64,000 nt of DNA from an uncultured Candidatus Rokubacteria bacterium (GTDB lineage Bacteria; Methylomirabilota; Methylomirabilia; Rokubacteriales; DASRDR01), in the NCBI GenBank assembly GCA_963708025.1, contig CAVPSB010000032.1, forward strand, positions 224,001 through 288,000, given 5' to 3'. The notes beneath the pieces are model-generated. The model was not told the DNA's origin and did not search any database. It saw only the letters and a program-made list of their open reading frames with translations. Shown here piece by piece: positions 36,629 through 47,187 of the stretch. A program made the position numbers and the translations under genes. Numbering within the stretch: position 1 is the stretch's first letter; every line of letters starts with the position of its first letter.

Positions 36629-37189
36629 CTATTCGAGCCCCTTCTTCCACAGCGACGCTGGCGGCGCCACGGTCGGCAGCCCGTCCGCCCCCGCCGGCTC
36701 CAGCGAAAGCAGGATCTCCTTGGAGTAGATCATCCCTTCCCGGCTGTAGGCCGAGAACTCCAGGATCCCGGTGTCCATCCGGATGGCGTCCTCCGGGCAC
36801 GCTTCCACGCAGTAGCCGCAGAAGATGCACTTGCCGACGTCGATGTCGAAGCGCTCGGGGTACTTCTCGATGTCCGGGTTCGGATGCTCGGCCGCCACGA
36901 TGTAGATGCAGTGGGCCGGACACACGGTCTCGCACATCATGCAGGCCACGCAGCGGGAGGAGCCGTCCTCCCGGCGGACCAGCCGGTGGAGGCCCCGGAG
37001 GCGGGTGGCCAGCGGCCGCCGCTCCTCCGGCCACTGGTAGGTGACCGCGCCCTTCCGCCCGGTCATCCAGAGGCCCATGTTGCGGAAGAAGTGCCCGGCC
37101 GTGATGCCGAGCCCGATGAGGACCTCGGCGAGGTAGAAGCGCTGGCGGACCGTCCGGGGCGTCTGCCGGCTGACCGGGAGCGTCTTCAA
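36629..37189 (-). CDS. nuoI: NADH-quinone oxidoreductase subunit I (RBS-linked ATG at 37199 is out of frame; probable indel)
   Basis: CVACMMCETVCP and CIFCGYCVEACP. Confidence 0.93.
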   Translation of the reverse strand: MKTLPVSRQTPRTVRQRFYLAEVLIGLGITAGHFFRNMGLWMTGRKGAVTYQWPEERRPLATRLRGLHRLVRREDGSSRCVACMMCETVCPAHCIYIVAAEHPNPDIEKYPERFDIDVGKCIFCGYCVEACPEDAIRMDTGILEFSAYSREGMIYSKEILLSLEPAGADGLPTVAPPASLWKKGLE

Positions 37190-37209
37190 GCGTGGCCATG
37201 GCCGCGCCT

Positions 37210-38292
37210 CTAGAGCAGCAGCACCGCGGCGGTCAGCACGATGTTCAGGATCGACAGCGGGAGCAGCGACAGCCACCCGAGCCGCATCGCCTGATCGTAG
37301 CGGAACCGCGGGAGCGTCCAGCGGACGAGCATGAGGAACCAGATCATGGCGCACACCTTGACGACGAAGGCGCCGACCTGGAGCAGGACCACCAGCAGGT
37401 GCGGCAGTGTCCACGTGAGGCCTCCCGGGAAGTGGAAGCCGTCCGCGAAGAGCCAGGGAACCTGCCAGCCGCCCAGGAACAGGGCGGTCGTCATCCCGGC
37501 GATCACCACGGTCTCCACGAAGTCGGCCATCAGGAACATGCCGAACTTCATCCCGCTGTACTCGACGAAGTAGCCGATGATCTCCGACTCGCCCTCCGGG
37601 AGGTCGAAGGGGATGCGCTTGCTGGACGCGATCCCCGCGGTGAGGAAGAGGACGAGCCCCAGCGGCTGGGTGAAGATCCCCCACTTGGGGATCACGCCGG
37701 CCCAGTACTCCCCCTGCCCTCGCGCGATCTCCTGGAGGTCGAGGGACCCGTAGACCATGCACACGCCCATGATCGAGGCGCCGATGGCGACCTCGGCCGA
37801 GATCATCAGGGCGGCGGCCCGCTGGCCGCCGAGGAGCGCGTAGTTGTTCGCCGAGGCCCAGCCGGCCAGCATGATCCCGTAGACGCCCATCGAGAGCATG
37901 GCGAAGACGTAGAGGATGCCGGCGTTGAGCTGGACCGCCTGGAGGGAGATCGTCTGCCCGCCCACTTGCAGGACGTCGCCGAACGGGATCGTCGCGAAGC
38001 CGGCCAGCGCGAAGAAGACGGACACGACCGGGGCCGCCACGAAGAGCAGGCGGTCGGCCCGGGCCGGGATGAAGTCCTCCTTCGTCAGCATCTTGAGGGC
38101 GTCGGCCATGATGTGGAAGAGCCCGATCACGCGGAACCCGAAGATGGAGGCCCGGTTGGCCCCCACCCGGTCCTGCATGACCGCCGACTGCTTCCGCTCG
38201 ACCCAGGTCAGGAGCCCGGCCAGGTTCAGGACGAAGCCCATGATGAACGCCACCTTCAGGAAGGCGACGCCGAGGGCGACCGCCGGGCTCAT
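37210..38292 (-). CDS. nuoH: NADH-quinone oxidoreductase subunit H
   Basis: ERK..A.MQDRVG, ADALKMLTKE, PFDLPEGESE, LPRFRYDQ. Confidence 0.96.
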   Translation of the reverse strand: MSPAVALGVAFLKVAFIMGFVLNLAGLLTWVERKQSAVMQDRVGANRASIFGFRVIGLFHIMADALKMLTKEDFIPARADRLLFVAAPVVSVFFALAGFATIPFGDVLQVGGQTISLQAVQLNAGILYVFAMLSMGVYGIMLAGWASANNYALLGGQRAAALMISAEVAIGASIMGVCMVYGSLDLQEIARGQGEYWAGVIPKWGIFTQPLGLVLFLTAGIASSKRIPFDLPEGESEIIGYFVEYSGMKFGMFLMADFVETVVIAGMTTALFLGGWQVPWLFADGFHFPGGLTWTLPHLLVVLLQVGAFVVKVCAMIWFLMLVRWTLPRFRYDQAMRLGWLSLLPLSILNIVLTAAVLLL

Positions 38293-39917
38293 CGGGGGGT
38301 GGCCGTGGGTGCGGGCGCCCCCGCCACCAGCACGCCGTGGTCGCGGAGGGTCCGGTAGCTCAGGCCGGCGAACGCCGGAACGGCCACCGCCAGCTCGCGG
38401 AAGAGCTGCTCCGCCCGCGTTGGGCGCCAGTCGTGGCCGAGCGCCCGGGCGACCTCGGCGAGGATCTCCCAGTCGGCCCACGCCTCCCCGACCGGCTCCA
38501 GGGCGGGCCAGAACCGCTGCACCCGCCCCTCGAAGTTCGTGAAGGTGCCTTCGCGCTCGGTGTAGGCCGCGCTCGGGAGCAGGAGGCGGGCGCGCTCGCT
38601 GGTGGCGTTCGCGTTGGGCCCCTGGAAGACCATGCACTCGACGCGGTCCAGCGCCGCCCGCACCTCGACTTCGGGCCACCGGGCAGCGAACAGGTCGTGC
38701 CCGAACACCCACAGGACCGACAGCCGCCCCGCCTCGGCCGCCGCCAGCACGTGGCCGCCGTCCTCCTCGCCGCCGCCCCCCAGCCCGATCAGCTCGGCAC
38801 CCCGCGTATTGGGGTTCTTGTCGGCACGGAGCAGGAAGTCGTCCTGGTGTCCGGGCGCGCGCGGCGGCACCCGGAAGTCGACCGACCCCGCCCCCCGGGC
38901 CTCCACGAAGAGCCGGCGGGCCAGCCAGAGGTCCTCGTTCGGCATCCGGGGCGAGAGCAGCACGCCGACCCGGTCGGGTCCGGCCGCCCGCAGCAGCTCG
39001 GCCAGAGTCCGCACCATGTCCGGCCACGTCACCGGCGCCAGCCCCTCCGTCGTGCGGCGCTGGGGAACGAGCAGGCGGGACGGCGCGTCGAGGTCGTGGA
39101 ATCCGTACCGGCCCTCGTCGCACATCCACCACCGGTTCACCTCGGCGTTGAACCGCGGCTTGAGCCGGGCCACCCGCCGACCCTTGGACTGGTGCAGGCG
39201 CCGGGTGTTGGTGTGGACCTCGATGTTACAGCCGCGGGCGCAGCCGGGGCAGACGGACTTCGCGCGGTCGAGGTACCACACCCGGACCCGGAAGCGGAAG
39301 TCCCGGTCGGTGAGGGCGCCCACCGGACAGATGTCGATCACGTTGCCCGAATAGGGATTTTCCAGGGTGGTCCCGGGGAACAGGCCGATCTCCGAGTGGT
39401 CGCCCCGGTTGAAGATGCCCAGCTCGCTGGTCTTGGTGATCTCGTCGCAGAAGCGGACGCAGCGGGAGCACAGGATGCAGCGCTCGGCGTCCAGCATCAC
39501 GTGGGGTCCGAGCGGGACCGCCTTGGGCTTGTGGACCTTGTCGTCGATCATCCGCGGCTCGTAGAGCCCGTGCTGCATGTAGTAGATCTGCAGCCAGCAC
39601 TCGCCGGCCTGGTCGCAGACCGGGCAGTCCAGCGGATGGTTGACGAGGTGCCACTCCATGACCGACCGCCGGGTCTCGAGCACCCGCTCGGTCTGGGTCA
39701 GCACCACCATCCCGTCGGCGGCGATGGTGTTGCACGCGATGGTCGGACGCGGGGCTTTCTCCAGATCGACCATGCAGAGCCGGCACTGGCCGGCGATCGA
39801 CAGCCCGGGGTGGTAGCAGTAGTGCGGGACCTCGACCCCGACCTGCCGGGCCGCCTCCACCAGGTTGGTCCCGGCGGGCACCTCGATCGGCTTGCCGTCG
39901 ATCGTCAGCTTGGGCAT
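38289..39917 (-). CDS. nuoG: NADH-quinone oxidoreductase subunit G (short, 542 aa)
   Basis: CYHPGL..GQCRLC, HPLDCPVCDQAGEC, CILCSRC, CPVGAL, CPGCARGC. Confidence 0.93.
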   Translation of the reverse strand: MPKLTIDGKPIEVPAGTNLVEAARQVGVEVPHYCYHPGLSIAGQCRLCMVDLEKAPRPTIACNTIAADGMVVLTQTERVLETRRSVMEWHLVNHPLDCPVCDQAGECWLQIYYMQHGLYEPRMIDDKVHKPKAVPLGPHVMLDAERCILCSRCVRFCDEITKTSELGIFNRGDHSEIGLFPGTTLENPYSGNVIDICPVGALTDRDFRFRVRVWYLDRAKSVCPGCARGCNIEVHTNTRRLHQSKGRRVARLKPRFNAEVNRWWMCDEGRYGFHDLDAPSRLLVPQRRTTEGLAPVTWPDMVRTLAELLRAAGPDRVGVLLSPRMPNEDLWLARRLFVEARGAGSVDFRVPPRAPGHQDDFLLRADKNPNTRGAELIGLGGGGEEDGGHVLAAAEAGRLSVLWVFGHDLFAARWPEVEVRAALDRVECMVFQGPNANATSERARLLLPSAAYTEREGTFTNFEGRVQRFWPALEPVGEAWADWEILAEVARALGHDWRPTRAEQLFRELAVAVPAFAGLSYRTLRDHGVLVAGAPAPTATPR

Positions 39918-39921
39918 CCGC

Positions 39922-41215
39922 TCAGTGGGCTCCGACCCGCACGGTCCGGCCCGGCCGGACGTCGCAGGCGCCGTGCTGGATGTGGTAGTCGAACTCCGCC
40001 CGGAACTTCTCGACGTAGGAGATGTACGGCGCGATGGCGCCGTCGTAGAAGGCGCAGATGGTCGTCCCGGCGCCCCGCTTGGCGACGTCCACGATGGTGT
40101 CCGGGTCCCCCGCCACGCCCTTGCCGGCCAGGATGCGGCCGACGATCTTGAAGATCCAGCCGGTGCACTCGCGGCACGGCGTGCACTGGCCGCACGACTC
40201 GTGGGCGTAGAAGCGGGCCAGGACGTAGAGCGCCTCGGGGATGCAGGTCGTGTCGTCCATGACGACCACGCCGGCCGAGCCGATGAACGACCCCGCCTGC
40301 TTGAGCCCGTCGACGTCGAGGGTCACGTCGATCTCGGCAGCCGTGAGGAGCACCGTCGAACGAGCCGCCGGGGACCACGCCCTTCAGCGCGCGGCCGTCG
40401 CGGATGCCGCCCGCCTGGTCGTAGATCAGCTCGCGCATCGTCGCCGTGACCGGCAGCTCGTAGACCCCGGGGCGATTGACGTGGCCGGAGACCGAGAACA
40501 TCCGCGTGCCGCCCTGGGTGGGGGTCCCGAGGCCGGCGAACCACGCCCCACCCCGGCTGACGATGGGCGGCAGGGCGCAGATCGTCTCCACGTTGTTGAC
40601 GACCGTCGGATGCCCGAAGGCGCCCTTCACCGCGGGGAACGGCGGCTTGATCTTCGGCCAGCCCTTCTTCCCCTCCAGCGACGACAGCAGCCCGGTCTCC
40701 TCCCCGCAGATGTAGGCGCCGGCGCCCCGGTGGACGACGATCCGATGGTCGAAGCCGGTCCCCATGATGTTCTGGCCGAGCAGGCCGGCCGCCTCCGCCT
40801 CCGCCACCGCCTCCGAGAAGATCCGCCACGGCCGGACGTACTCGCCGCGGATGTAGATGAAGGACGTCTGGCAGCCGATCGCGTAGGAGGCGATGAGCAT
40901 CCCCTCGATGAGGGCGTGGGGGTCGCGCTCGAGGAGATAGCGGTCCTTGAACGTGCCCGGCTCGCCCTCGTCGGCGTTGACCACCAGGTAGGCCGGCCCC
41001 GTTCGCTGCTTCGGCACGAAGCCCCACTTGGTGCCGGTGGGGAAGCCGGCACCGCCCAGGCCGCGCAGGTTCGACTTCTTCACCTCGCCATGGACCGCCT
41101 CCGGCCCCATCCCGACCGCCTTGCGGAACGCCTCGTACCCGCCGCTCGCCTGGTACGCGACGAGGGTGTGGGAGTCGGGTCGGTCGAAGTTCCGCATGAA
41201 CACGCGCTCGGCCAT
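39922..41215 (-). CDS. nuoF: NADH-quinone oxidoreductase subunit F; frameshift near 40360
   Basis: GLGGAGFPTG, NADEGEPG, GAGAYICGEET; second frame ESCGQCTPCRE...TIC. Confidence 0.94.
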
Positions 41216-41224
41216 TATTCGAGT

Positions 41225-41312
41225 CCGCCCCCATCCTTCGACGGCCTTCGGCCTGTGGCAACCCCTCCCGACTGTTGGACGGCCTCCGGCCTGTGGCCGG
41301 GGGGAGGGGGGC
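41225..41312 (-). repeat. family C repeat carrying two 20-bp hairpin modules
   Basis: Same architecture as 26505-26580; modules CCACAGGCCGGAGGCCGTCC and CCACAGGCCGAAGGCCGTCG. Confidence 0.8.
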
Positions 41313-41390
41313 CGGCCGCCGCCATTCCAAAGCAATCCGCGTGAGGCAAATCCCTCACCGTCCCTCGGCTGGCATCGCCCCGCGGCGTCA

Positions 41391-41879
41391 TCAGCGCAAA
41401 CCTTCCAGTACCTGATCAATGCGCTCGCGGGTCAGGGGGCCCACGTACTCGTCGTCCACCTGCATCATCGGCGCGACCTCGCAGGCGCAGAGGCACTCCA
41501 CCCGGAACAGCGTGACCCGGCCGTCGGGGGTCGTCTCCCCCGCCTCGATGCCGAGCTGCTCCTGGAGGTAGGCGATCACGTCCTCGGCCCCGAGCAGGGT
41601 GCACGAGAGGTTGTGGCAGACGGAGAGGGTGTGCCGCCCGACCGGCTTCTTGAGGAAGAGCGTGTAGAAGGTCACCACCTCGTGGACGTGGGCCGCCGAC
41701 AGGCCGAAGAGCCCGGCCACGTAGGTCTCGACCTCGGGCGAGACCCAGCCGAAGGTCTCCTGGGCGAAGTGCAGGACCGGCAGCAGGGCACCGCGGCGGT
41801 CCGGATAGAGCGCCTGCAGCTCCCGGACCCGGCGGAGCTGCGCGTCGGAGAAGACGATGGCCCCCACGGCCTCCGGCAT
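41391..41879 (-). CDS. nuoG-associated nuoE: NADH-quinone oxidoreductase subunit E
   Basis: VVTFYTLF, CHNLSC, ECLCAC..APMM. Confidence 0.94.
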   Translation of the reverse strand: MPEAVGAIVFSDAQLRRVRELQALYPDRRGALLPVLHFAQETFGWVSPEVETYVAGLFGLSAAHVHEVVTFYTLFLKKPVGRHTLSVCHNLSCTLLGAEDVIAYLQEQLGIEAGETTPDGRVTLFRVECLCACEVAPMMQVDDEYVGPLTRERIDQVLEGLR

Positions 41880-41919
41880 CAGCGCTCCACCTCCGACCGA
41901 CGCCCACAGAGCGTCCACA

Positions 41920-42137
41920 GCCCGGGTCGAGACCCGAGCAGCCCCCGCAGGCCGAAGGCCGTCCGACCGACGCAGGGAGTCGCCGACCGCAGGCGCACTC
42001 CGAGTACGCCGAGGATCAGCGACGACCCCAAAGGCCGAAGGCCATCCGAGGGACGCCCATAGGTCGGGACGGACGCCGAGCCGTAGGCGAGGCGCGTCAC
42101 GGCCGAGATGGGCGATGCGACGGGTATCGACCCGGGC
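41920..42137 (-). repeat. family B structured repeat copy 2
   Basis: Termini GCCCGGGTCGAGACCCG / CGGGTATCGACCCGGGC; same core as 32064. Confidence 0.9.
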
Positions 42138-42138
42138 A

Positions 42139-43533
42139 TCAGCGCTCCAGCTCGCCCGCGATCATGTTGACCGACCCGAAGGTCGGCACCATGTCGGCGA
42201 CCATGCGTCCCTCCAGCATGCGGTGGAGCGCGGCGGTCGGTGGGAGGCAGGGCGGGCGGCAGCGCACCCGGTAGGGCCGGTCCGTCCCGTCGGACACGAC
42301 GTAGAAGCCGAGCTCGCCGTTGGCGCCCTCCACCGCGAAGTAGGCCTCGCCCTTCGGCGGGCGGATGCCGAACCCCTCCATGATCAGCATGAAGTGGTTC
42401 ATCAGTCCCTCGATGGAGCCGTAGGTCTGCTCTTTCGGCGGCAGGACGGCGCGCCGGTTGGCGGCGTTGACGGCGTCGTGGAACGGCCGCTCCTGCCCGC
42501 GCAGGTTCGGTGAGAGCCGGAGCGGGGTCAGGAGGAGCCCGTCGGTCTTCCCGAGCTTGCCGCGGTCCACGAACTCGGCGGGGGTCGGCAGGGGTCGTCC
42601 CTCGAAGTCCACGTTGACCGGCCCCGCGGGCATGCGGGCCATCGCCTGCTCGGCGATCCGCATCGACTGCTCCATCTCGGCCATGCGGACGAGATACCGG
42701 TCGTAGTTGTCCCCGATCTCGCCCACGGGGATCTCGAAGTCCAGGCGGTCGTAGGCCCAGTACGGCGTCGCCCGCCGGACGTCGAATGGCACGCCGCAGG
42801 CCCGGAGCATGGGGCCGGTGATCGCGTAGGCGATCGTCTCGTCCCGGGAGAGGATCCCGATCCCCTTCATCCGGTCGATGAAGATCCGGTTCCCGGTCAG
42901 CAGCTTGTGGACCTCCTCCAGAACCTCCCGGGTCTCCTTGAAGGCCTGCCGGACGCCGGGCTCGAAGTCGGACGGCAAGTCGGCCTTGACGCCGCCCACC
43001 CGACCGTAGGAGATCGTCAGCCGCGCCCCGGTGACCTTCTCGATCACCTCCCACAGGAACTCGCGGGCCTTGATCATGTAAAGGAAGGCGGTGAACGCCC
43101 CCAGCTCCATGGCGGTGGCGCCGATGCAGGTGAGGTGGTCGCTGACCCGGGAGATCTCGCTCATGATCACCCGGATGTACTGGCAGCGCTCGGTGACCTC
43201 GATGTCCAGCAGCTTCTCGACCGCCGAGGCGTACCCGAAGTTGTTGATCAGGGGCGAGACGTAGTTCAGGCGGTCGGTGTACGGGATGGCGTTGTTGTAG
43301 GGCCCGGCCTCGCAGTGCTTCTCGAACCCCCGGTGGAGGTAGCCGATCTCCACGTCGGCCTTGACCAACGTCTCTCCGTCCAGTTCGGCGAAGATCCGGA
43401 TGACACCGTGCATCGCCGGATGGGACGGCCCGATGTTGACCAGCACGTTCTCGGTCGCCTCCGGCTGGGGGAACGTCCCCTCGCCGAGGAAGAACTCCTG
43501 GGTCCGTCGCGTCGCGCGCTCGGGCTCGGCCAT
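42139..43533 (-). CDS. nuoD: NADH-quinone oxidoreductase subunit D
   Basis: NIGPSHPAMHG, GYLHRGFEK, DRLNY, GELER; no NiFe CxxC motifs. Confidence 0.96.
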   Translation of the reverse strand: MAEPERATRRTQEFFLGEGTFPQPEATENVLVNIGPSHPAMHGVIRIFAELDGETLVKADVEIGYLHRGFEKHCEAGPYNNAIPYTDRLNYVSPLINNFGYASAVEKLLDIEVTERCQYIRVIMSEISRVSDHLTCIGATAMELGAFTAFLYMIKAREFLWEVIEKVTGARLTISYGRVGGVKADLPSDFEPGVRQAFKETREVLEEVHKLLTGNRIFIDRMKGIGILSRDETIAYAITGPMLRACGVPFDVRRATPYWAYDRLDFEIPVGEIGDNYDRYLVRMAEMEQSMRIAEQAMARMPAGPVNVDFEGRPLPTPAEFVDRGKLGKTDGLLLTPLRLSPNLRGQERPFHDAVNAANRRAVLPPKEQTYGSIEGLMNHFMLIMEGFGIRPPKGEAYFAVEGANGELGFYVVSDGTDRPYRVRCRPPCLPPTAALHRMLEGRMVADMVPTFGSVNMIAGELER

Positions 43534-43682
43534 CAGTCGGGCCGGGGGGGAGCTACGCGCTTCATCCGGATCGCCGCGACGCCTCGGGCCTGCGGCCCTC
43601 GGCGCGTCGCGCCCCTCCGGCGGCCCGGCTCACCCCTCCGCTCTCGTCGCTCCCGCATCCCGGGCGATGGCCGCACGGTCGC

Positions 43683-44180
43683 TCAGTTCTTGGGGCCGAT
43701 GAGGGGCTGGCGGCGGTTGATGAGGTAGTCCTTGCGGAGGGGATGTCCCACGAACTCCTCGTACATGAGCAGGCGCCGGAGGTCGGGATGGCCCTCGAAC
43801 CGGATCCCGTACATGTCCCAGACCTCCCGCTCGTACCAGTTCGCGATGGGCCACAGCGGCACCGCCGAGAACACGACGGGGTCGTCTTCCTCCACCGACA
43901 CCTTGACCCGCAGCCGGTGGTTTTCGGGGACGGAGTAGAGATGGTAGACCACCTCGAACCGCCCGCCTTCCTCCCGGCCCGGATACTTGAGCCAGTCCAC
44001 GGCGGTGAGGTCCATCAGCATGTCGAACCGCAGCGCCGGATCGTCGCGACAGAAGCGCAGCAGCTCCAGGGCCGTCGCCCGGTTGACCACCGCGGTGTGA
44101 TCGCCCCGGTGGGCGTGCGTCTCCCGGATGGCCGGGCCGAACCGCTCCTTCAGCCGCCCGAGAATCGCCTCGCCGTCCAT
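43683..44180 (-). CDS. nuoC: NADH-quinone oxidoreductase subunit C
   Basis: ANWYEREVWDMYGI.F.GHPDLRRLL, GHPLRKDY. Confidence 0.96.
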   Translation of the reverse strand: MDGEAILGRLKERFGPAIRETHAHRGDHTAVVNRATALELLRFCRDDPALRFDMLMDLTAVDWLKYPGREEGGRFEVVYHLYSVPENHRLRVKVSVEEDDPVVFSAVPLWPIANWYEREVWDMYGIRFEGHPDLRRLLMYEEFVGHPLRKDYLINRRQPLIGPKN

Positions 44181-44203
44181 GGTGTCGATCGCCGGCGGAC
44201 CCG

Positions 44204-44662
44204 CTACACGCGCGTCCGCTCGGCGGCGATCTTCTCTTGCAGCTTCATCAAGCCGTCGAGGACCGTTTCCGGACGGGGCGGGCAGCCCGGGATGTAGATG
44301 TCCACCGGAACGATGGTGTCGATCCCCTGGATCACCGCGTAGTTGTCGTAGAAGGCCCCGGTGCAGGTGCACTGCCCGAACGCCACCACCCACTTGGGCT
44401 CGGTCATCTGGTCGTACACCCGCCGGAGCACCGGGCCCATCTTCTGGTTGATGGTGCCCACCACGAACAGCACGTCGGCCTGGCGTGGCGAGAACCGGGG
44501 CAGCCCGGCGCCGAACCGGTCGATGTCGTAGTGGGAGCAGGCGGCCGCCATGAACTCCATCCCGCAGCAGGCGGTGACGAACGGGTAGGTGAAGATGGAG
44601 TACTTCCGCGCCCACGCGATGGCGTCGTCCAGCTTGGTGGTGAAGAATTCCCCTACTCCCAC
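44204..44662 (-). CDS. nuoB: NADH-quinone oxidoreductase subunit B
   Basis: ACCGMEF, SPRQAD, PGCPPRPE. Confidence 0.96.
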   Translation of the reverse strand: MGVGEFFTTKLDDAIAWARKYSIFTYPFVTACCGMEFMAAACSHYDIDRFGAGLPRFSPRQADVLFVVGTINQKMGPVLRRVYDQMTEPKWVVAFGQCTCTGAFYDNYAVIQGIDTIVPVDIYIPGCPPRPETVLDGLMKLQEKIAAERTRV

Positions 44663-45003
44663 TCGAGGCCCCCCTTGCGCCAGATATACAAGAGCCCCAG
44701 CATCAGGATGCCCAGGAACACCAGCATCTCGACGAAGCCGAACACCCCGAGTTGACGGTAGACGACGGTCCACGGGAACACGAACATCATCTCGATGTCG
44801 AAGATGATGAAGAAGATGGCCGTGGTCGAGAACTTGATCGCGAAGCGCCCCTCCGACACCGCGATCGGCGCCTTCCCGCACTCGAACGGCTCGAGCTTCA
44901 CCGCGGAGAGCCGCCGCGGCCCCAGCACGGTGGGCAGCCAGGCCAGGAGCAGGGCCACCCCGAGGCAGATCGCGAACACCATCAGGATGGGGACGTACTG
45001 CAT
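44653..45003 (-). CDS. nuoA: NADH-quinone oxidoreductase subunit A
   Basis: PFECG, FIIFDIE, WRKGGLEW. Confidence 0.95.
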   Translation of the reverse strand: MQYVPILMVFAICLGVALLLAWLPTVLGPRRLSAVKLEPFECGKAPIAVSEGRFAIKFSTTAIFFIIFDIEMMFVFPWTVVYRQLGVFGFVEMLVFLGILMLGLLYIWRKGGLEWE

Positions 45004-45006
45004 CGC

Positions 45007-45930
45007 TCAGGCCCCCGGCCGCCCGGCCGCCGCCGCGGCCTCGACCTGCCGCTTCGCGTGATACGACGACCGGACCAGCGGGCCGGCCTCGACGTGCCGG
45101 AAGCCGAGCCCCTCGCCGATCGCGGCCAGATCCCGAAACTCCGCCGGCGGGACGTAGCGGACCACCGGCAGGTGGGCAGGCGACGGCCGGAGGTACTGAC
45201 CGAGGGTGAGGAGCTGGACGCCAGCCGCCCGGAGATCCCCCATGGTCGCCGCCAGCTCTCCGGTCGTCTCGCCGAGGCCGAGCATCATGCCCGACTTGGT
45301 CACCGGCTCGGTCCGGTGCCCCCGGGCCCGCTCGAACAGCTCGAGGCTCCGCTCGTAGCGCGCTCCGGGGCGAACATCCCGATAGAGCCGGGGCACGGTC
45401 TCCACGTTGTGGTTCAGCACGTCCGGCCGGGCCGCCAGCACCGTCTCCAGCGCCGGCGCCGAGCCCTGGAAGTCCGGGATGAGGACCTCGACCCCGCAGC
45501 CCGGCGCCTCCCGGCGGATCGCCCGGATGGTCCGGGCGAAGATCTCCGCCCCGCCGTCGGCCAGGTCGTCGCGGTTCACGCTCGTCACCACCACGTGGGC
45601 CAGCCCCATCAGGGCCACCGTCCGGGCCACCCGGTCCGGCTCGCCCCAGTCTTCCCAGGTCGGGCGGCCGTGGGAGACGGCGCAGAAGCCGCAGCGGCGG
45701 GTGCAGACGTCACCCAGGATCATGAAGGTCGCCGTCCGGTCTTCCCAGCACTCGCCGATGTTCGGGCAGCGGGCTTCCTCGCACACCGTGTGGAGGTTCT
45801 GCTCGCGAAGGAGCGCCTGGAGGCGCATGTAGTTCGGGCTGCCCGGCGCGCGCACCTTGAGCCAGGACGGCTTGCGCCCCGGGACGCCGTGGGTAGAGTC
45901 GGGCTGGAGGACCGGAAGTGCAAGCTTCAT
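45007..45930 (-). CDS. lipA: lipoyl synthase
   Basis: [26 protein letters not shown]. Confidence 0.97.
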   Translation of the reverse strand: MKLALPVLQPDSTHGVPGRKPSWLKVRAPGSPNYMRLQALLREQNLHTVCEEARCPNIGECWEDRTATFMILGDVCTRRCGFCAVSHGRPTWEDWGEPDRVARTVALMGLAHVVVTSVNRDDLADGGAEIFARTIRAIRREAPGCGVEVLIPDFQGSAPALETVLAARPDVLNHNVETVPRLYRDVRPGARYERSLELFERARGHRTEPVTKSGMMLGLGETTGELAATMGDLRAAGVQLLTLGQYLRPSPAHLPVVRYVPPAEFRDLAAIGEGLGFRHVEAGPLVRSSYHAKRQVEAAAAAGRPGA

Positions 45931-45988
45931 TCGTGAGAGACCGGCGTGACCTCGCTCATTATGCCACAGCCACGCACCAGGCAAGACC

Positions 45989-46019
45989 GTAACGGGGCTC
46001 CGGACCAGAGCCCCGTTAC
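45989..46019. terminator. perfect 12-bp hairpin downstream of tRNA-Leu
   Basis: GTAACGGGGCTC-CGGACCA-GAGCCCCGTTAC; no clear U-tract. Confidence 0.5.
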
Positions 46020-46079
46020 TCCGCCAGTCGCGGTCGCCCACGCTCCCGCAACGCCACGACCCGGCCACTACCCGGATGT

Positions 46080-46164
<85 letters not shown>

Positions 46165-46224
46165 GCACCGCGTATGATGCCGCGACGGCCGCGCCACTGT
46201 CAAGCGCGGCGACGGCGCGGCCCC

Positions 46225-47187
46225 TCACCGCTCGCGGAGCTTCGGGTTGAAGGCCTCCCGGAGCCCCTCCCCGAAGAGGTTGAAGGCGAGGACGACGACG
46301 AGGAGTGCCGTCCCGGGGATCAACGTCAGCCAGGACGCGTCCAGGATGTAGCGCTTGCCGTCGGAGAGGATGTTGCCCCAGCTCGCGTTGGGGGCCGGGA
46401 CGCCGAAGCCCAGGAACGAGAGGCCGGACTCGGTCAGGATCGCGCCAGCGACCCCGAGCGTCGCGGAGACGAGGACAGGCGCCATCGAGTTGGGAACGAG
46501 GTGGCGCCAGATGACGCGCGGGCCGGGGTTGCCGACGGCCTGGGCGGCATGGATGAACTCCTGTTCCCGGAGGGAGAAGATCTCGGCGCGGACGAAGCGG
46601 GCGGTGCCCTCCCAGCTCGTCAGCCCGATCACCACCATGATGTTCCAGATGGACGGCTTGAGCACCGCCACCACGGTCAGGATCAGGAAGAACTGGGGGA
46701 AGGAGAGCATCACGTCGATGAGCCCGGCGATGAGCGCGTCCACCGTGAAGAGGGACAGCGGTCCGATCCGGATCATCGACCGGCCGTAGTAGCCGGCGAT
46801 CCCACCCAGGGCGAGGCCGATCCCGGTGGCGATGCCGACGGCCACGAAGCCCACCGACAGCGACACGAAGCTGCCCTCCAGCATCCGGGCGAAGACGTCC
46901 CGGCCCAGCTCGTCGGTGCCGAGCAGGTAGAGGCCGAGCCGCGGCAGGCTGGCTGCCGGCACCGCCGCCCGGTTCGGCGTCGAGAACGGCGGTTTCAGCT
47001 TGTCCGGCAGCCGCACCTCGCGAGGGTTCAGGACCGGGTGCTCGCCCTTGGTCAGGGCGAGGCCGCCGAGGGCCAGGAGGAAGAACACCGCCACGATGGC
47101 CATGCCGATCACCGCGGTCCGGTTTTTCCGGAAGGCGCGCCAGGCCAGCTGCGAGGGCGAGACGGTCCGCTTGGTCGGCCCGGTCAC
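46225..47187 (-). CDS. peptide ABC transporter permease (OppC/DppC)
   Basis: [12 protein letters not shown] loop, [10 protein letters not shown]. Confidence 0.93.
   Translation of the reverse strand: MTGPTKRTVSPSQLAWRAFRKNRTAVIGMAIVAVFFLLALGGLALTKGEHPVLNPREVRLPDKLKPPFSTPNRAAVPAASLPRLGLYLLGTDELGRDVFARMLEGSFVSLSVGFVAVGIATGIGLALGGIAGYYGRSMIRIGPLSLFTVDALIAGLIDVMLSFPQFFLILTVVAVLKPSIWNIMVVIGLTSWEGTARFVRAEIFSLREQEFIHAAQAVGNPGPRVIWRHLVPNSMAPVLVSATLGVAGAILTESGLSFLGFGVPAPNASWGNILSDGKRYILDASWLTLIPGTALLVVVLAFNLFGEGLREAFNPKLRER

Noticed and set aside
42139-44662. Group 4 hydrogenase instead of complex I
   Set aside because: NuoD lacks Ni-binding CxxC motifs and the NuoEFG NADH module is present.
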